64,000 bases of DNA from Streptomyces silvisoli. Its GTDB lineage: Bacteria; Actinomycetota; Actinomycetes; Streptomycetales; Streptomycetaceae. The translations under genes were made by a program, and so were the position numbers. Under the pieces are notes generated by a model. It made no database searches, was not told where the DNA came from, and saw nothing but the letters and a program-made list of their open reading frames with translations. This document shows, in pieces, positions 17,609 through 27,284 of the stretch. Position 1 is the stretch's first letter. Every line of letters begins with the position of its first letter. The DNA is taken from the NCBI RefSeq assembly GCF_029269905.1, contig NZ_JARJBC010000022.1, positions 31,671 to 95,670 of the forward strand. The letters are read 5' to 3'.

Positions 17609-17805
17609 CCGCGCGACCGGGCATTGGTCCACCGCGTCTGCGGGACGGCCTGGGGCCGCACGGGGCCCAGGCCGTCCCGCCACTCGGACTTCGCTGGCAC
17701 GCAGTCCCCTCGATCTCAAACCAAGCCCTCGACCCACTGCCCCCGATCACTTGGTCAAACCTTTCAAGACGACGGGGACGTCGCCCGGTACTCGCGTGAG
17801 GCTGC

Positions 17806-20800
17806 TCAGGGAGCCACACGCGCGAGGGAAGGCATTCTTGCGGTGGCCTTGGACAGGAGTCGTTCAACTGATGGCATGGCTTTCGGGCCGATGGCGGCAA
17901 CGCCGACAGCAGCGGCCACCCCTGTCCAGGCCACGGGGCCCAGGGGTGTGCAGCCGAAGAAGTGGCTGAGCCCGGGTGTCTGCACGAGGGTAGCCAGGGC
18001 TGCGGCGGAGCCGAGTGCGGTGGCCAGCACCAAAGGGCTGCGGCCTCGTCCGGTGAGGGTTTGGGTGAGTTGGGCGCCGACCAGTCCGCACAGGGCCATG
18101 GTGCTGGTACGCCGGGCTGTACCGGGGGTGAGGGTGCCGATCAGCCAGGCTGTGCCCGCGCCGAGCCCGGTGACGATCCCGCGCTGTCGGATCTGACGGG
18201 TCAACGGCTTCCCGAGGGCGGCGACGCCCACGGGGGCCAGCTCCTCGTGCTCGGTTCGCCTGCTCGGCCCGGGATCCGGCTCGTCTTGCGGAGTGACGGC
18301 GACGGCCATGGCGGGGAACATGTCGGTGAGCAGGTTGACCAGCAGGAGCTGACGGGTCGACAGAGGTGAGGCACCGGTGACCAGGGTGCCGAGCACGGTG
18401 AAGCCGACTTCTCCGGCGTTGCCGCCGATGAGGATACTGATGGCGTCGGCGACACTGCGCCACAAGGCCCGGCCCTCGTCGACGGCGGCGACCAGGGGCG
18501 TCAAGTCGTTGCCGGTGACGATCAGGTCGGCGGCGTTGCGGGCAGCTGCGGAGCCGCGTACGGCGATGCCGATGCCAATGTCGGCGGCGCGAATGGCCGC
18601 GGCGTCGTTGGCGCCGTCGCCGACCATCGCCACCACTCGTCGGGCTTCCTGCAGCGCTTCGACGACCTGGAGTTTCTGTTCGGGTGCGACGCGGGCGATG
18701 ACTTGGCAGTCGGCCAGCAGGCGGGCTCGGCCTGCGCGGTCGAGGGCCGCCAATTCGTCTCCAGTGGTCACGGTGACGTCCTTCGGCCACCCCAGGCTGA
18801 GAGCGATGGCGCGGGCGGTGTGCGGATGGTCTCCGGTGAGCATCACCGGCCGTACGCCGGCATTTGCCAGGTCGGAGATCAAGGGAGCGGAGCTGGCTCG
18901 GGGGGTGTCGGCGAGTGCCACGAACCCGACCAGTTCCAGGGCCTTCAGTGGCTGGTCGAGAATGTCGGCCGTCTCGCCGGGCTCGAGCCGGCGCTGCGCG
19001 ACGGCGAGGATCCGCAGTCCTTGGTCGGCGAGAGTTCGTGCGGCGGTGGGGGCAGTCTCGGCGACGTCTTCGCAGCAGGGCAGCACCAATTCCGGGGCGC
19101 CCTTGACGATCAGCAGGCGTGTGCCATCAGCATCGTGGCCGATCGCGCAGGCGTAGCCGCGGCTGGCCTCGAACGGCTGGGCCTCGGCCTGGACCCAGTA
19201 CGGATCGGGCGGGGCCGCAGCCAGGATGGCTTCGTCGGTGGCATGGGCGTGGCCGGCTTCACCGTTGCTCTGCGGGCAGGCCCGGGCAGCCGCCCGCACC
19301 ACCGGCTCCGCCTGAGAGGTATCCGCCGCGAGGGTGGTGCCGTCTGCGGTGACGGCATGCAGCAGGCGCAGTCGGTTCTCGGTGAGGGTGCCGGTCTTGT
19401 CGAAGCAGATGGTGTCCATGCGGCCGAGCGCCTCCAAAGCGCGGGGGGTGCGGACCAGGACGCCGTGGCGGCTGAGGCGGCGCGCCGCGGCCATTTGCGC
19501 CACCGTGGCCACCAGCGGCAGACCTTCAGGGACTGCGGCCACCGCCACGGCGACACCGCCGCTGACGGCTTCCCGCGCCGGTCGTCCGCGCAGCAGCGAC
19601 AGGGCAGTGACCGCTGCCCCGCTGGCCAGGGTGAGGGGCAGCACTTTGCGGGTCAGCTCGTGCAGGCGGGCCTGGACGCCCTTGGCGGAGGTGGAGCGTG
19701 AGGCCAGGTGGGCTGCCCTGCCGGCTTCGGTCTGCTCGCCGGTGCCGACCACGACCGCCCGCGCGTGTCCGGCAACCACGGTGGTTCCCTCGAAGACCAT
19801 GCAGCTGCGGTCCGCGACTGCGGCTTGCGGGGTAGCGGCAAGCTGCTTGGGCGTGGGAAGCGACTCGCCGGTCAGTGAGGATTCATCGACTTCCAGATCA
19901 GTGAGCTCCAGTAGCCGGGCGTCCGCGGGCACAACATCGCCTGTGCGCAGCTCGATCACTTCACCCGGCCTGAGCTTGACGGCGTCGACCGTGTCCGCAG
20001 GCGCGCTGCCCGATCGGGTGGCGCGGCGGGCCAGTTGCCGTTGTCCGGTCGCCAGCGTGGCCAGTGCTCGTTCGGCGCGCAGCCGCTGCACCCCGCCGAC
20101 GATGGCGTTGACTGCCATGGCACTGGTCACCAGCAGCGCGTCCACGGGCGCTCCCAGCACTGCGGATGCCGCCGCGCCGACGGCAAGGACCGGGGTGAGC
20201 GGATCGTCGAGCTCGGCGCGCACTGCGGTGACCAGACGCGCCGTCAGGCGGGCGGGGGTGAAGACCGGCAGCCGGAGCAAGGTACCGGCCCTCTCACGGA
20301 CGGTGGCTCGCAGAACGGACAGGCCGCCGGGGTTGGCGCGGGGCGTGGCGGCCAGCCGGGAGACGGCTTCTTCGGGTTGCAGGGCGTGCCAGCGCACCCT
20401 TGGGCGGGGGCGGGGTGCCGCTGTGGTGGCCACGCCTGTGGCGGCGCGCCATCCGGAGACCAGGGCCGCGGCCGCGGCGGCGTTGACTGGGCTGAGGCGC
20501 GGGCCCCAAGCGAACAGGGCCCGTTGGGCTGGGGATGTGCCGGTCATGACCACGAGCCCGGACAGTGCGGCGCCCGCTTGGGCGAGGATCTTGGCGTGTC
20601 GACCGGTCCTGCGCGCGGCGGGGATGGCTGCCAGCAGCCGCCAAGCCCCCCGAAGCCCGTCCAGCGTGAGGGCGTCCGCGCCCCACACCACCGCGCTTCG
20701 GGCGTCGGTGACCGCCACGGCAAGGTCGCTGGCCAAGAGCCCCGCCACGATCTGCTGGCGGTCTGCGTCCAGTTCCTGCTGCGCGTGGTTGTCCTCGGGT

Positions 20801-22383
20801 ACGCGGGCGATGGCCATGACCACCCGTCCCTGCTCACGCAAGCCCCGTACGACGTCCCCCAATGGCCGCTCACCGGGGACGACTTCGTCGGCCAGCGCTG
20901 TAAAATCACCGAGCGAGGCGTCCTGCGGTACCACCACATACAGCCCGGCGCGGCGTGCCGCGTCCAGTACCGGCTCGGCCAGCGGATCGAGTTCGCACCC
21001 GACCAGCACGGTGCCGATGTCCTCACCGTGCGCGGAGGCGATCATCAAGCCATCGGTCTCGGACGGCCCTTGGTCGGGAACCGGACGCAGCGCGACCGCC
21101 GTGTCCTCCCAAGGTGTGCTTGGAACCTCGGGCTGCTGCAATGCCGCGGTGGCGGCATGCCAGAGCCGCTCATGGTCCCACTGCGCGGCGTTCGGATGCA
21201 CCTCGAGTACGGTGCGCCGGGTGCTGCGCAACGCTTCCGGATGGAGCACCACGGTATCCACGCGCTCCAGTTGCCGTAGCCGGTCGGTGTCGCGAACCAA
21301 CACGTCCTGGCGAGTCAGAACGGCGGCCAGTGCCGACGTGAAAGCCACCGGCCCGTAGCGGGCAGCCTTCGGTGAGCCCGCCAGTATCGCCTCAGCAGCC
21401 TGCCCCGCGTCACGGGTGAACAACAGCGTCGCGGCGGCGCCGACCAGACTCCCGGTCACGGCCTGATCCGCGTACTCCTGCCCTGCGGACCGGCCGATCG
21501 CCGGGCGAGGGGTCCGCTGCCCCGACACACTTCGACGGTCCGGGGCACACAGCGAATCGTGCGCGGCATCGAACGCGGCACCGCGGGCAAGAGCCTCCAC
21601 CAACTGCCCGGTCCGCAAAGCGGCATCCAGCACCAAAGAGCCAGGCGACTTCCCGAAGCCGTGGGCCGTCGCGTTGGCCGCAGCCAGCACCACCTCGGCA
21701 CCCGAGGTCCCCAGCCGACGGTGCAGCACGGCCCGCACCCGGGAGTCTTCCCGTACCAGCGTCACCGCGGCGGTGACCAGCCGGGGAGAACTCCTCAGCC
21801 GCATCGTCCGCGCGGTCACCGCAGTTGTGATCCCCACCGCATCACACGCCAGGGCCAACGCACCCGACCGCACCCCACCGGTGCTCCCCGGGTGTGCCCG
21901 TTCCAGCACCGGTACTTCCGGCCGCTCAAGTCCGTACCGGGCCGCCAGCCTCTCCGCCTTACGCACAACCCGATCGGTGAGCGCGCCCTCGCTGACCTGT
22001 ATCACCAGCCGTGCCAGCCCGCCGTCCCAGTAGGCGGTCACCACCTCCGGGTGCTCTGCCAGCGCGACGGCCATGCGCTTGGCTGCCACCTCCAGCCCGC
22101 CGCGCCCGGTAAAGTCCGGGCTTCGCCGCAGCGCCACATGCATCCGGGAACCCGCCCGCCATTCAACTGCCCCGGGCAGCACGGCATTACGGACGACCCG
22201 GCCAGCCCTTACCGCCGTGACGGAGACCTCCGCCGTGGCACGCACCCCCGCTTCCGCGATGTCGATCGCCGAACGGGCCGCAGCGCCGGCCATGGGGATA
22301 GCGCGGCATGCGACCTGAACAGGAGCGGTCAGCGCAAGGTCAAGTCCCGCTGTCGGCAGGCGTGTCAGCAAGCGCAGAACCAT
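17806..22383 (-). CDS. Cation-transporting P-type ATPase with a roughly 750-aa N-terminal extension (mycobacterial CtpH/CtpI-like architecture)
   Basis: C-terminal half has LTGES (actuator), ICFDKTGTLTEN (DKTGT phosphorylation site), MLTGDHPHTARAIA and VAMVGDGANDAAAIRAADIGIGIA (GDGxND). The N-terminal 750 aa has no recognised motif. 1525 aa in total. Confidence 0.85.
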   Translation of the reverse strand: MVLRLLTRLPTAGLDLALTAPVQVACRAIPMAGAAARSAIDIAEAGVRATAEVSVTAVRAGRVVRNAVLPGAVEWRAGSRMHVALRRSPDFTGRGGLEVAAKRMAVALAEHPEVVTAYWDGGLARLVIQVSEGALTDRVVRKAERLAARYGLERPEVPVLERAHPGSTGGVRSGALALACDAVGITTAVTARTMRLRSSPRLVTAAVTLVREDSRVRAVLHRRLGTSGAEVVLAAANATAHGFGKSPGSLVLDAALRTGQLVEALARGAAFDAAHDSLCAPDRRSVSGQRTPRPAIGRSAGQEYADQAVTGSLVGAAATLLFTRDAGQAAEAILAGSPKAARYGPVAFTSALAAVLTRQDVLVRDTDRLRQLERVDTVVLHPEALRSTRRTVLEVHPNAAQWDHERLWHAATAALQQPEVPSTPWEDTAVALRPVPDQGPSETDGLMIASAHGEDIGTVLVGCELDPLAEPVLDAARRAGLYVVVPQDASLGDFTALADEVVPGERPLGDVVRGLREQGRVVMAIARVPEDNHAQQELDADRQQIVAGLLASDLAVAVTDARSAVVWGADALTLDGLRGAWRLLAAIPAARRTGRHAKILAQAGAALSGLVVMTGTSPAQRALFAWGPRLSPVNAAAAAALVSGWRAATGVATTAAPRPRPRVRWHALQPEEAVSRLAATPRANPGGLSVLRATVRERAGTLLRLPVFTPARLTARLVTAVRAELDDPLTPVLAVGAAASAVLGAPVDALLVTSAMAVNAIVGGVQRLRAERALATLATGQRQLARRATRSGSAPADTVDAVKLRPGEVIELRTGDVVPADARLLELTDLEVDESSLTGESLPTPKQLAATPQAAVADRSCMVFEGTTVVAGHARAVVVGTGEQTEAGRAAHLASRSTSAKGVQARLHELTRKVLPLTLASGAAVTALSLLRGRPAREAVSGGVAVAVAAVPEGLPLVATVAQMAAARRLSRHGVLVRTPRALEALGRMDTICFDKTGTLTENRLRLLHAVTADGTTLAADTSQAEPVVRAAARACPQSNGEAGHAHATDEAILAAAPPDPYWVQAEAQPFEASRGYACAIGHDADGTRLLIVKGAPELVLPCCEDVAETAPTAARTLADQGLRILAVAQRRLEPGETADILDQPLKALELVGFVALADTPRASSAPLISDLANAGVRPVMLTGDHPHTARAIALSLGWPKDVTVTTGDELAALDRAGRARLLADCQVIARVAPEQKLQVVEALQEARRVVAMVGDGANDAAAIRAADIGIGIAVRGSAAARNAADLIVTGNDLTPLVAAVDEGRALWRSVADAISILIGGNAGEVGFTVLGTLVTGASPLSTRQLLLVNLLTDMFPAMAVAVTPQDEPDPGPSRRTEHEELAPVGVAALGKPLTRQIRQRGIVTGLGAGTAWLIGTLTPGTARRTSTMALCGLVGAQLTQTLTGRGRSPLVLATALGSAAALATLVQTPGLSHFFGCTPLGPVAWTGVAAAVGVAAIGPKAMPSVERLLSKATARMPSLARVAP

Positions 22384-23021
22384 GTCTTACCCTTCACCAA
22401 GATTCTTCCGGTGGTGCTGCCTGGCCAGCGGGATCGCGGCGCAGGGTAGCTGGCTGCCTACCCGCTGCGCCGCGCATGATGCGCCCTGTGGGGTCGAGCG
22501 GGTTGTCGGCCCGGCGCGCCGGAGCCCGCAGGGCGTCGGCAGACCACCGACGGACCGGGTGGGTACGCCGTTGCGCCGGAGACGATGGAGTCACCTGCGT
22601 GGATGGGATTCTTTCGCTGGGGACGGCCAACGAGGCCTTAACGAACCGCAGTCGGCCGCAAGGTCGGGCTACGGTTTCCAGCGGCTTCCGGGATCCGGCG
22701 CGCAGAGTTCCCGGCCACGCAGGACGTCAGGCAGGCGTGGGCTGCCATTGGCCAGCGTCATGCGACGGTGCCAGCCGGGTTAACGGGGGGCTCGGTAGTC
22801 GTCCAGGCCGCACTCCTGCTGACCGTCTGGAGACACTGCGGGTGCCGATCAACCATCCGGGCCTGTTCAGGCGGCACGTTGGTACGCGTCGAGATCTCAG
22901 GTGGCGCCATCCGCGCAGGTGCGGCTTGCCGGAGACCACCACCCAGCCTGCTCCCCCCCTTTGTTCCTCCACCTGTTGCTGGCGGGGCGGTCTTGAGGGA
23001 AGTCAGCGATTCGCAACACGA

Positions 23022-23055
23022 AGGGGCGGCCGCATACCGAAACGGCGGCCGCCCC
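23022..23055 (-). terminator. Strong GC hairpin (GGGGCGGCCGC-N11-GCGGCCGCCCC) about 220 bp downstream of pepC; terminator candidate
   Basis: Perfect 11-bp inverted repeat seen directly. No T-tract. Confidence 0.3.
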
Positions 23056-23271
23056 ACCCCGCACCACCGGCGGTCTGGTGGGGGCCAGCGCCACCTGAAT
23101 CACCAAGCAGCGTCGCTGACGGCCAACGCCCACGCCAGAGTCATCGAGTCACGCCGATGTGGTGTCCGTCGGACACGGCAACTCACCCGGACCGCGAGTG
23201 TGGGATGAAGGCCCCTGGAGTATCAACGAGTTTGTGGGACTCGCGTGGTGCGGGCCGCGCCCTTCCCATCG

Positions 23272-24600
23272 TCAGTCAGCGAGTGCGCCCATGGGGTCCC
23301 AGGCAGGCAGGACGATCGGCGGTTGGTCGAGGGCGGCAGCCAGCTGCGACGGCAGCGCGGAGCGCCGGACCGCGATTTCGAAGACATGCTCACCGAACCA
23401 TGAGTCGTTCATGGTCCAAAAGCCCTTGTCGGCCTTCTCCTCACCCCAACTGTTCTCCACTCGCCAGCGGCGCGGGCTCCCTTCCACCACGTCGACGCCG
23501 GTGAACAGCATCGCGTGGGTCATCTTCGTGTCGTGGTGCAGCAGCCGAGCGGCCTTGCCCATGGTGAAAGGGGCGTCGTAGACGGCCGCGTAGTCGAAGA
23601 GCCCGGCGTCCCAGACGCCGACGTCCGCACGCATCATCTTGGCCACGTCGCAGCCGAACCACACGGGCTCACCACCGACGATCGCCTCCACGGCCAGCCG
23701 CTTCAGCAGCTCCATCTGCGCGTTGAGATAGACCACCGGCGGGGCGCCCACGATGTTGCCCAGGTACTCAACGGTGAAGGTGCGGCCGACCGGGCTCGAC
23801 TCCCGCGGGTCGTGCACCAGGCAGACGTACTCGTCCAGCGGCAGCTCCACATACGAGGCGGCGAACTCTGCTGGTGTGAGCCAGCCATCGCGGTGGAACT
23901 GCTTGTCCTTGTCCTCCCACTGCCACAGGAACCGCTGCGGTGGCGTGCCGAGGTGGATGCTGAGCACCCGGTGGACGGCAGCCAGCACCTCCCGCTTGCG
24001 CTCCCGCTGCGCTTCGACTCCCTCGTCGGCCTGCCCACGCAGGTCGCGGGCGCCCTGGCGGAGCAGGGTCTTCAGGGCCCGGTTCATCGCCCGGGTCGCG
24101 GAGGAGCTGTCGGTCTCCGGCATGGCCGACTTCGGTACCAGGCCGTGCTTGGCGACCAGCGCCACAAACATGTTCCACTGCCCACCGTCACCGATCGGGT
24201 CCGCCAGCAGATGCGCCACCGTTCGGTCGTCCACCTCCCGGTCCGAGGTTTCGATGATCGCCTCAAGGAAGTGGTTCGCCCGCTCGAACTTGTCCCACCA
24301 CAGCAGGTAGTTCTGGGAGAACTCGAAGTCATTCACGCCCAGCTTCCGCGCAGCGCCGACCCGGAGCAGGTTGAGCCCGGCGAACATCCAACAGCGCCCG
24401 CTCTGCTTCTGGTTGGTGACCTTCCAGTCGTCCAGGTGGTGGGAGACCGAGTGGTCGATGCCGGTGAGGACCCGCCGATCCAGGGCGACATCGTCCACCG
24501 GCGTCTGGGTGACGGCGTTCTGCATCAGCCGGTTCACCGGCCGGGCGGCGAACTCCTTCTCGAAGAACTCAATCTGATCCGGGGTCAAACTGCGATCCAT
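23272..24600 (-). CDS. pepC: Aminopeptidase C / bleomycin hydrolase family cysteine peptidase (C1B)
   Basis: MDRSLTPDQIEFFEKEFAARP...NQKQSGRCWMFAGLNLLR (catalytic Cys in QxxxGxCW)...ENSWGEEKADKGFWTMNDSWFGEHVFEIAV (C-terminal His/Asn region). Start at Met167 of ORF 23272..25098. The upstream 166 codons are P/R-rich noise. Confidence 0.8.
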   Translation of the reverse strand: MDRSLTPDQIEFFEKEFAARPVNRLMQNAVTQTPVDDVALDRRVLTGIDHSVSHHLDDWKVTNQKQSGRCWMFAGLNLLRVGAARKLGVNDFEFSQNYLLWWDKFERANHFLEAIIETSDREVDDRTVAHLLADPIGDGGQWNMFVALVAKHGLVPKSAMPETDSSSATRAMNRALKTLLRQGARDLRGQADEGVEAQRERKREVLAAVHRVLSIHLGTPPQRFLWQWEDKDKQFHRDGWLTPAEFAASYVELPLDEYVCLVHDPRESSPVGRTFTVEYLGNIVGAPPVVYLNAQMELLKRLAVEAIVGGEPVWFGCDVAKMMRADVGVWDAGLFDYAAVYDAPFTMGKAARLLHHDTKMTHAMLFTGVDVVEGSPRRWRVENSWGEEKADKGFWTMNDSWFGEHVFEIAVRRSALPSQLAAALDQPPIVLPAWDPMGALAD

Positions 24601-25045
24601 GGCCTGGCGGGAGTTATCGTTTCCGAAGGTCACAGCGGTCTGCCTCCAGTTCCCAGCGGTTCTCAAGAGGAGCGCGCCCTCACCGTCGCACGGCCATTCA
24701 GCCGGAGTCAACGGAGTATCCAAAGTGAGCCGCCATCGCCGATATGCCGCCCACATGCGCGCCCGACGTGGTCGTCCGGCGCGCTGGCAGTTGATCTGGT
24801 CCTCTTCACTCGCTGTCTCGTATGAGCTGATCTGCCGCGCGGTGCAGTCGCACGGCGGGCGTGGGGACCGGGACGCGCGCCACGCGCGGATGGCGCGCGC
24901 AGGGATAAGCCCGCGACCCTCCTCCAAGCGTGGCCCCGGGTGGCGCTCAGCGGTCGGCCCGACTGGAAACGGCGCCCTGGGCGCGCAGTTGCGCTCCGGC
25001 GCGAGGCGCCGCAGCAACCGTCGCGGACTTCGCTGTGGCGGGATG

Positions 25046-25516
25046 TCAGAGCTGGTCGTAGATGGCGGCCAGATGTCGCAGGACGTCGGTGGCGGCATCG
25101 AGGGCGGCGGTGTCGTGGTGGCTGAGTGCGGCGTGCAGGGCCTGAGTGAGGACCGCTTGGCGCTCGCGATGCCGCTGCGTGCCGGTGGGGGTGAGGGTGA
25201 CGACGGCGGTGCGCTTGTCGCCGGCGGAGCGTTCGCGGGTGACGTAGTCGGCGTTGACCAGGCCGTTGACGAGCTGCGTGGCGGCGGCGTTGGTCGTCTC
25301 GGTGGCGGTGGCGAGCTGGGTGACGGTGAGGGGGCCCTGGTCGGCCAGAGCGCGCATGGCGCGGGCGTGGGTGAGGGAGAGAGCGCCCGCGGTGCGGGTG
25401 GCGCGACCGCGTAGCCGGGCGTCGGCGGCGCTGAGGCTGTAGGCGGCGCGGGCGAGCCGGTCCAGGGCGTGGTCTCGAGGGCTGTCAGCCGGGGTGACCT
25501 GGGCTTGTTCGGTCAT
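25046..25516 (-). CDS. MarR-family transcriptional regulator
   Basis: LTHARAMRALADQGPLTVTQLATATETTNAAATQLVNGLVNADYVTRERSAGDKRTAVVTLTPTG is a winged HTH of MarR type. Confidence 0.8.
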   Translation of the reverse strand: MTEQAQVTPADSPRDHALDRLARAAYSLSAADARLRGRATRTAGALSLTHARAMRALADQGPLTVTQLATATETTNAAATQLVNGLVNADYVTRERSAGDKRTAVVTLTPTGTQRHRERQAVLTQALHAALSHHDTAALDAATDVLRHLAAIYDQL

Positions 25517-25576
25517 GGGAGGGGTCTCCGGTTCTGCGGTCGTGGCGAAGTCGTGCGGTTGACATCCACACTATCG

Positions 25577-25601
25577 TAAGTACTTAATAGTTAAGTACTT
25601 A
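25577..25601. promoter_or_regulatory. Perfect 11-3-11 inverted repeat TAAGTACTTAA-tag-TTAAGTACTTA; candidate MarR operator in the marR / alpha-beta-hydrolase divergent promoter
   Basis: Seen directly in an AT-rich stretch cgtAAGTACTTAAtagTTAAGTACTTagcg, 60 bp upstream of marR ATG and about 50 bp upstream of the hydrolase ATG. Confidence 0.5.
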
Positions 25602-25650
25602 GCGACGTGCCGGACGGTGCGCCGCTGAATCCCCCGAAAGGACATCCGTC

Positions 25651-26907
25651 ATGACCACACGTTCCACCGGCCAGACCTGGGCTCTGGACATCGCACTCGC
25701 CCAGGGCGGCTTCGACGCGCTGCACCCCGGCGCCAAGGGCACCCTGGAGCAGCTCGGACACGACCACACCGACTTCGACAAGGTCTTCGAGCTGGTCCGC
25801 AGCGGGGCGATGCTGCCCAAGGCGTGGGCCACCGTCGCCGGGCAGGCCGAGGAGCGGGCCGCCCACCACGAGCAGGGCGGCTTCACGCAGACCGCCGCCG
25901 ACCTGTACGCGCGGGCCGCGGTGATGTGGGGCCGCGCCCAGTACTCCATCTTCGACGCCGCCGACCCGCGCAAGCTCGCCTTCCGCGAGCACGCCAACCA
26001 CTGCGTCGAGCGCCTGGGCGCGCTGCGCGGCGGCCGGGTCCGCCGGGTGGTCCTGGACTTCGAGGGCCAGCACATCTACGCCCTGCTTCACCTGCCGGCC
26101 GGCGAGGTCCGCAACGCGCCCGCGGTGATCCTCGGCCCGGGGATGGACATGATCAAGGAGGACTACATCTACGCCGCCGAGCGGTACTACACCTCGCGCG
26201 GCATGGTCGCCCTGTCGATCGAGGGCCCCGGGCAGGGCGAGTCCCGGGCCAACGGGCTGACCGTCGACCTCACCAACTACGAGCGTGCCATCAGCCGCTA
26301 CATCGGCCACCTGGCATCCCTGCCCGAGGTCGACCCGGACCGGATCGGCATGTTCGGCATAAGCATGAGCGGCTACTGGGGCTCGCGCGCCGCCGCCACC
26401 GACCGCCGCCTCGCGGCCCTGGCTGCCTTCGAGGCCGTTACCGGCGACTTCGCCACCATCTTCGAGCGGGCCCAGCCGACCTTCAAGAACAACTACATGT
26501 TCATGTCCGGCTACAGCGACGAGGAGGCCTTCGACCGAGAACTGGTCGCCCGCATGCCACTGGGTGATCTCGTCGCCGACATCACCTGCCCGGTCCTGTA
26601 CGGCATCGGCGAGTTCGACGAACTCACCCAGTTGGAACAGGCCCTGGCCAACTACGAGCGGGTGCGCGCCCCGAAGGAGATACGCGTCTACGAGAACGAG
26701 TTCCACCCCCTGGGCGGCGTCGCGGCCGAGATCTTCCGCTTCGGCGCCGAGTGGGTCGAGCGTGCCCTGAACGGCGAACTCGCCGAGCCCGGCCGCGACG
26801 TGCGCCACTACGTCCACCGCGACGGCCGCACCACCGACGGCACCGCCAACCCCACCTGGTGGCTCGACACGATCCCCGCCCAGATCACCGAGGCCCGCCG
26901 CGCCTAG
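25651..26907 (+). CDS. Alpha/beta-hydrolase fold protein (2,6-dihydroxypseudooxynicotine-hydrolase-like family)
   Basis: GISMSGYWG nucleophile elbow (GxSxG); HGG-like ILGPGMD; size and layout of this C-C hydrolase/esterase group. Confidence 0.7.
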   Translation: MTTRSTGQTWALDIALAQGGFDALHPGAKGTLEQLGHDHTDFDKVFELVRSGAMLPKAWATVAGQAEERAAHHEQGGFTQTAADLYARAAVMWGRAQYSIFDAADPRKLAFREHANHCVERLGALRGGRVRRVVLDFEGQHIYALLHLPAGEVRNAPAVILGPGMDMIKEDYIYAAERYYTSRGMVALSIEGPGQGESRANGLTVDLTNYERAISRYIGHLASLPEVDPDRIGMFGISMSGYWGSRAAATDRRLAALAAFEAVTGDFATIFERAQPTFKNNYMFMSGYSDEEAFDRELVARMPLGDLVADITCPVLYGIGEFDELTQLEQALANYERVRAPKEIRVYENEFHPLGGVAAEIFRFGAEWVERALNGELAEPGRDVRHYVHRDGRTTDGTANPTWWLDTIPAQITEARRA

Positions 26908-27284
26908 GAACGAACACCACCGCCGAGAGCCCTGCTCCCACAACACGCGCAGGGGCAGGGCTCCCGGCCAGGAATCCTCGGGAGGCAAGGTGGCCTGTTG
27001 CTTCTGGGTCCGGTGACAGTCGCCGCCGCACATACGGTGCCAATGGCATAGAGCGCGCAGAACCAGGCCCCCACACCACCGAGTGGACCTCGCACGTTTA
27101 CGGTGTCAACAGCTTTACAGCTGCGAGCAGTTGTGGCCGCGGCCGACGCGGATGAGGTTCTATCCGTGACGCCCCGGTCCGATCGGTGCACACTCCCCGC
27201 GGTGCCCAGCAGACGGGCCAGGCCCGGCGCGCAGCGGACGGACTGACGGATGGCAAGAGCTCAACTGCGAGGAAAGAGGCGGAT

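Noticed and set aside
19334-21358. 674-aa plus-strand ORF inside the ATPase locus
   Set aside because: Antisense to clear P-type ATPase motifs. Ser/Ala/Arg-rich without domains.
24601-25098. N-terminal 166 codons of the pepC ORF
   Set aside because: P/R-rich non-protein-like sequence. The PepC family starts at the MDRSLTPDQ position.
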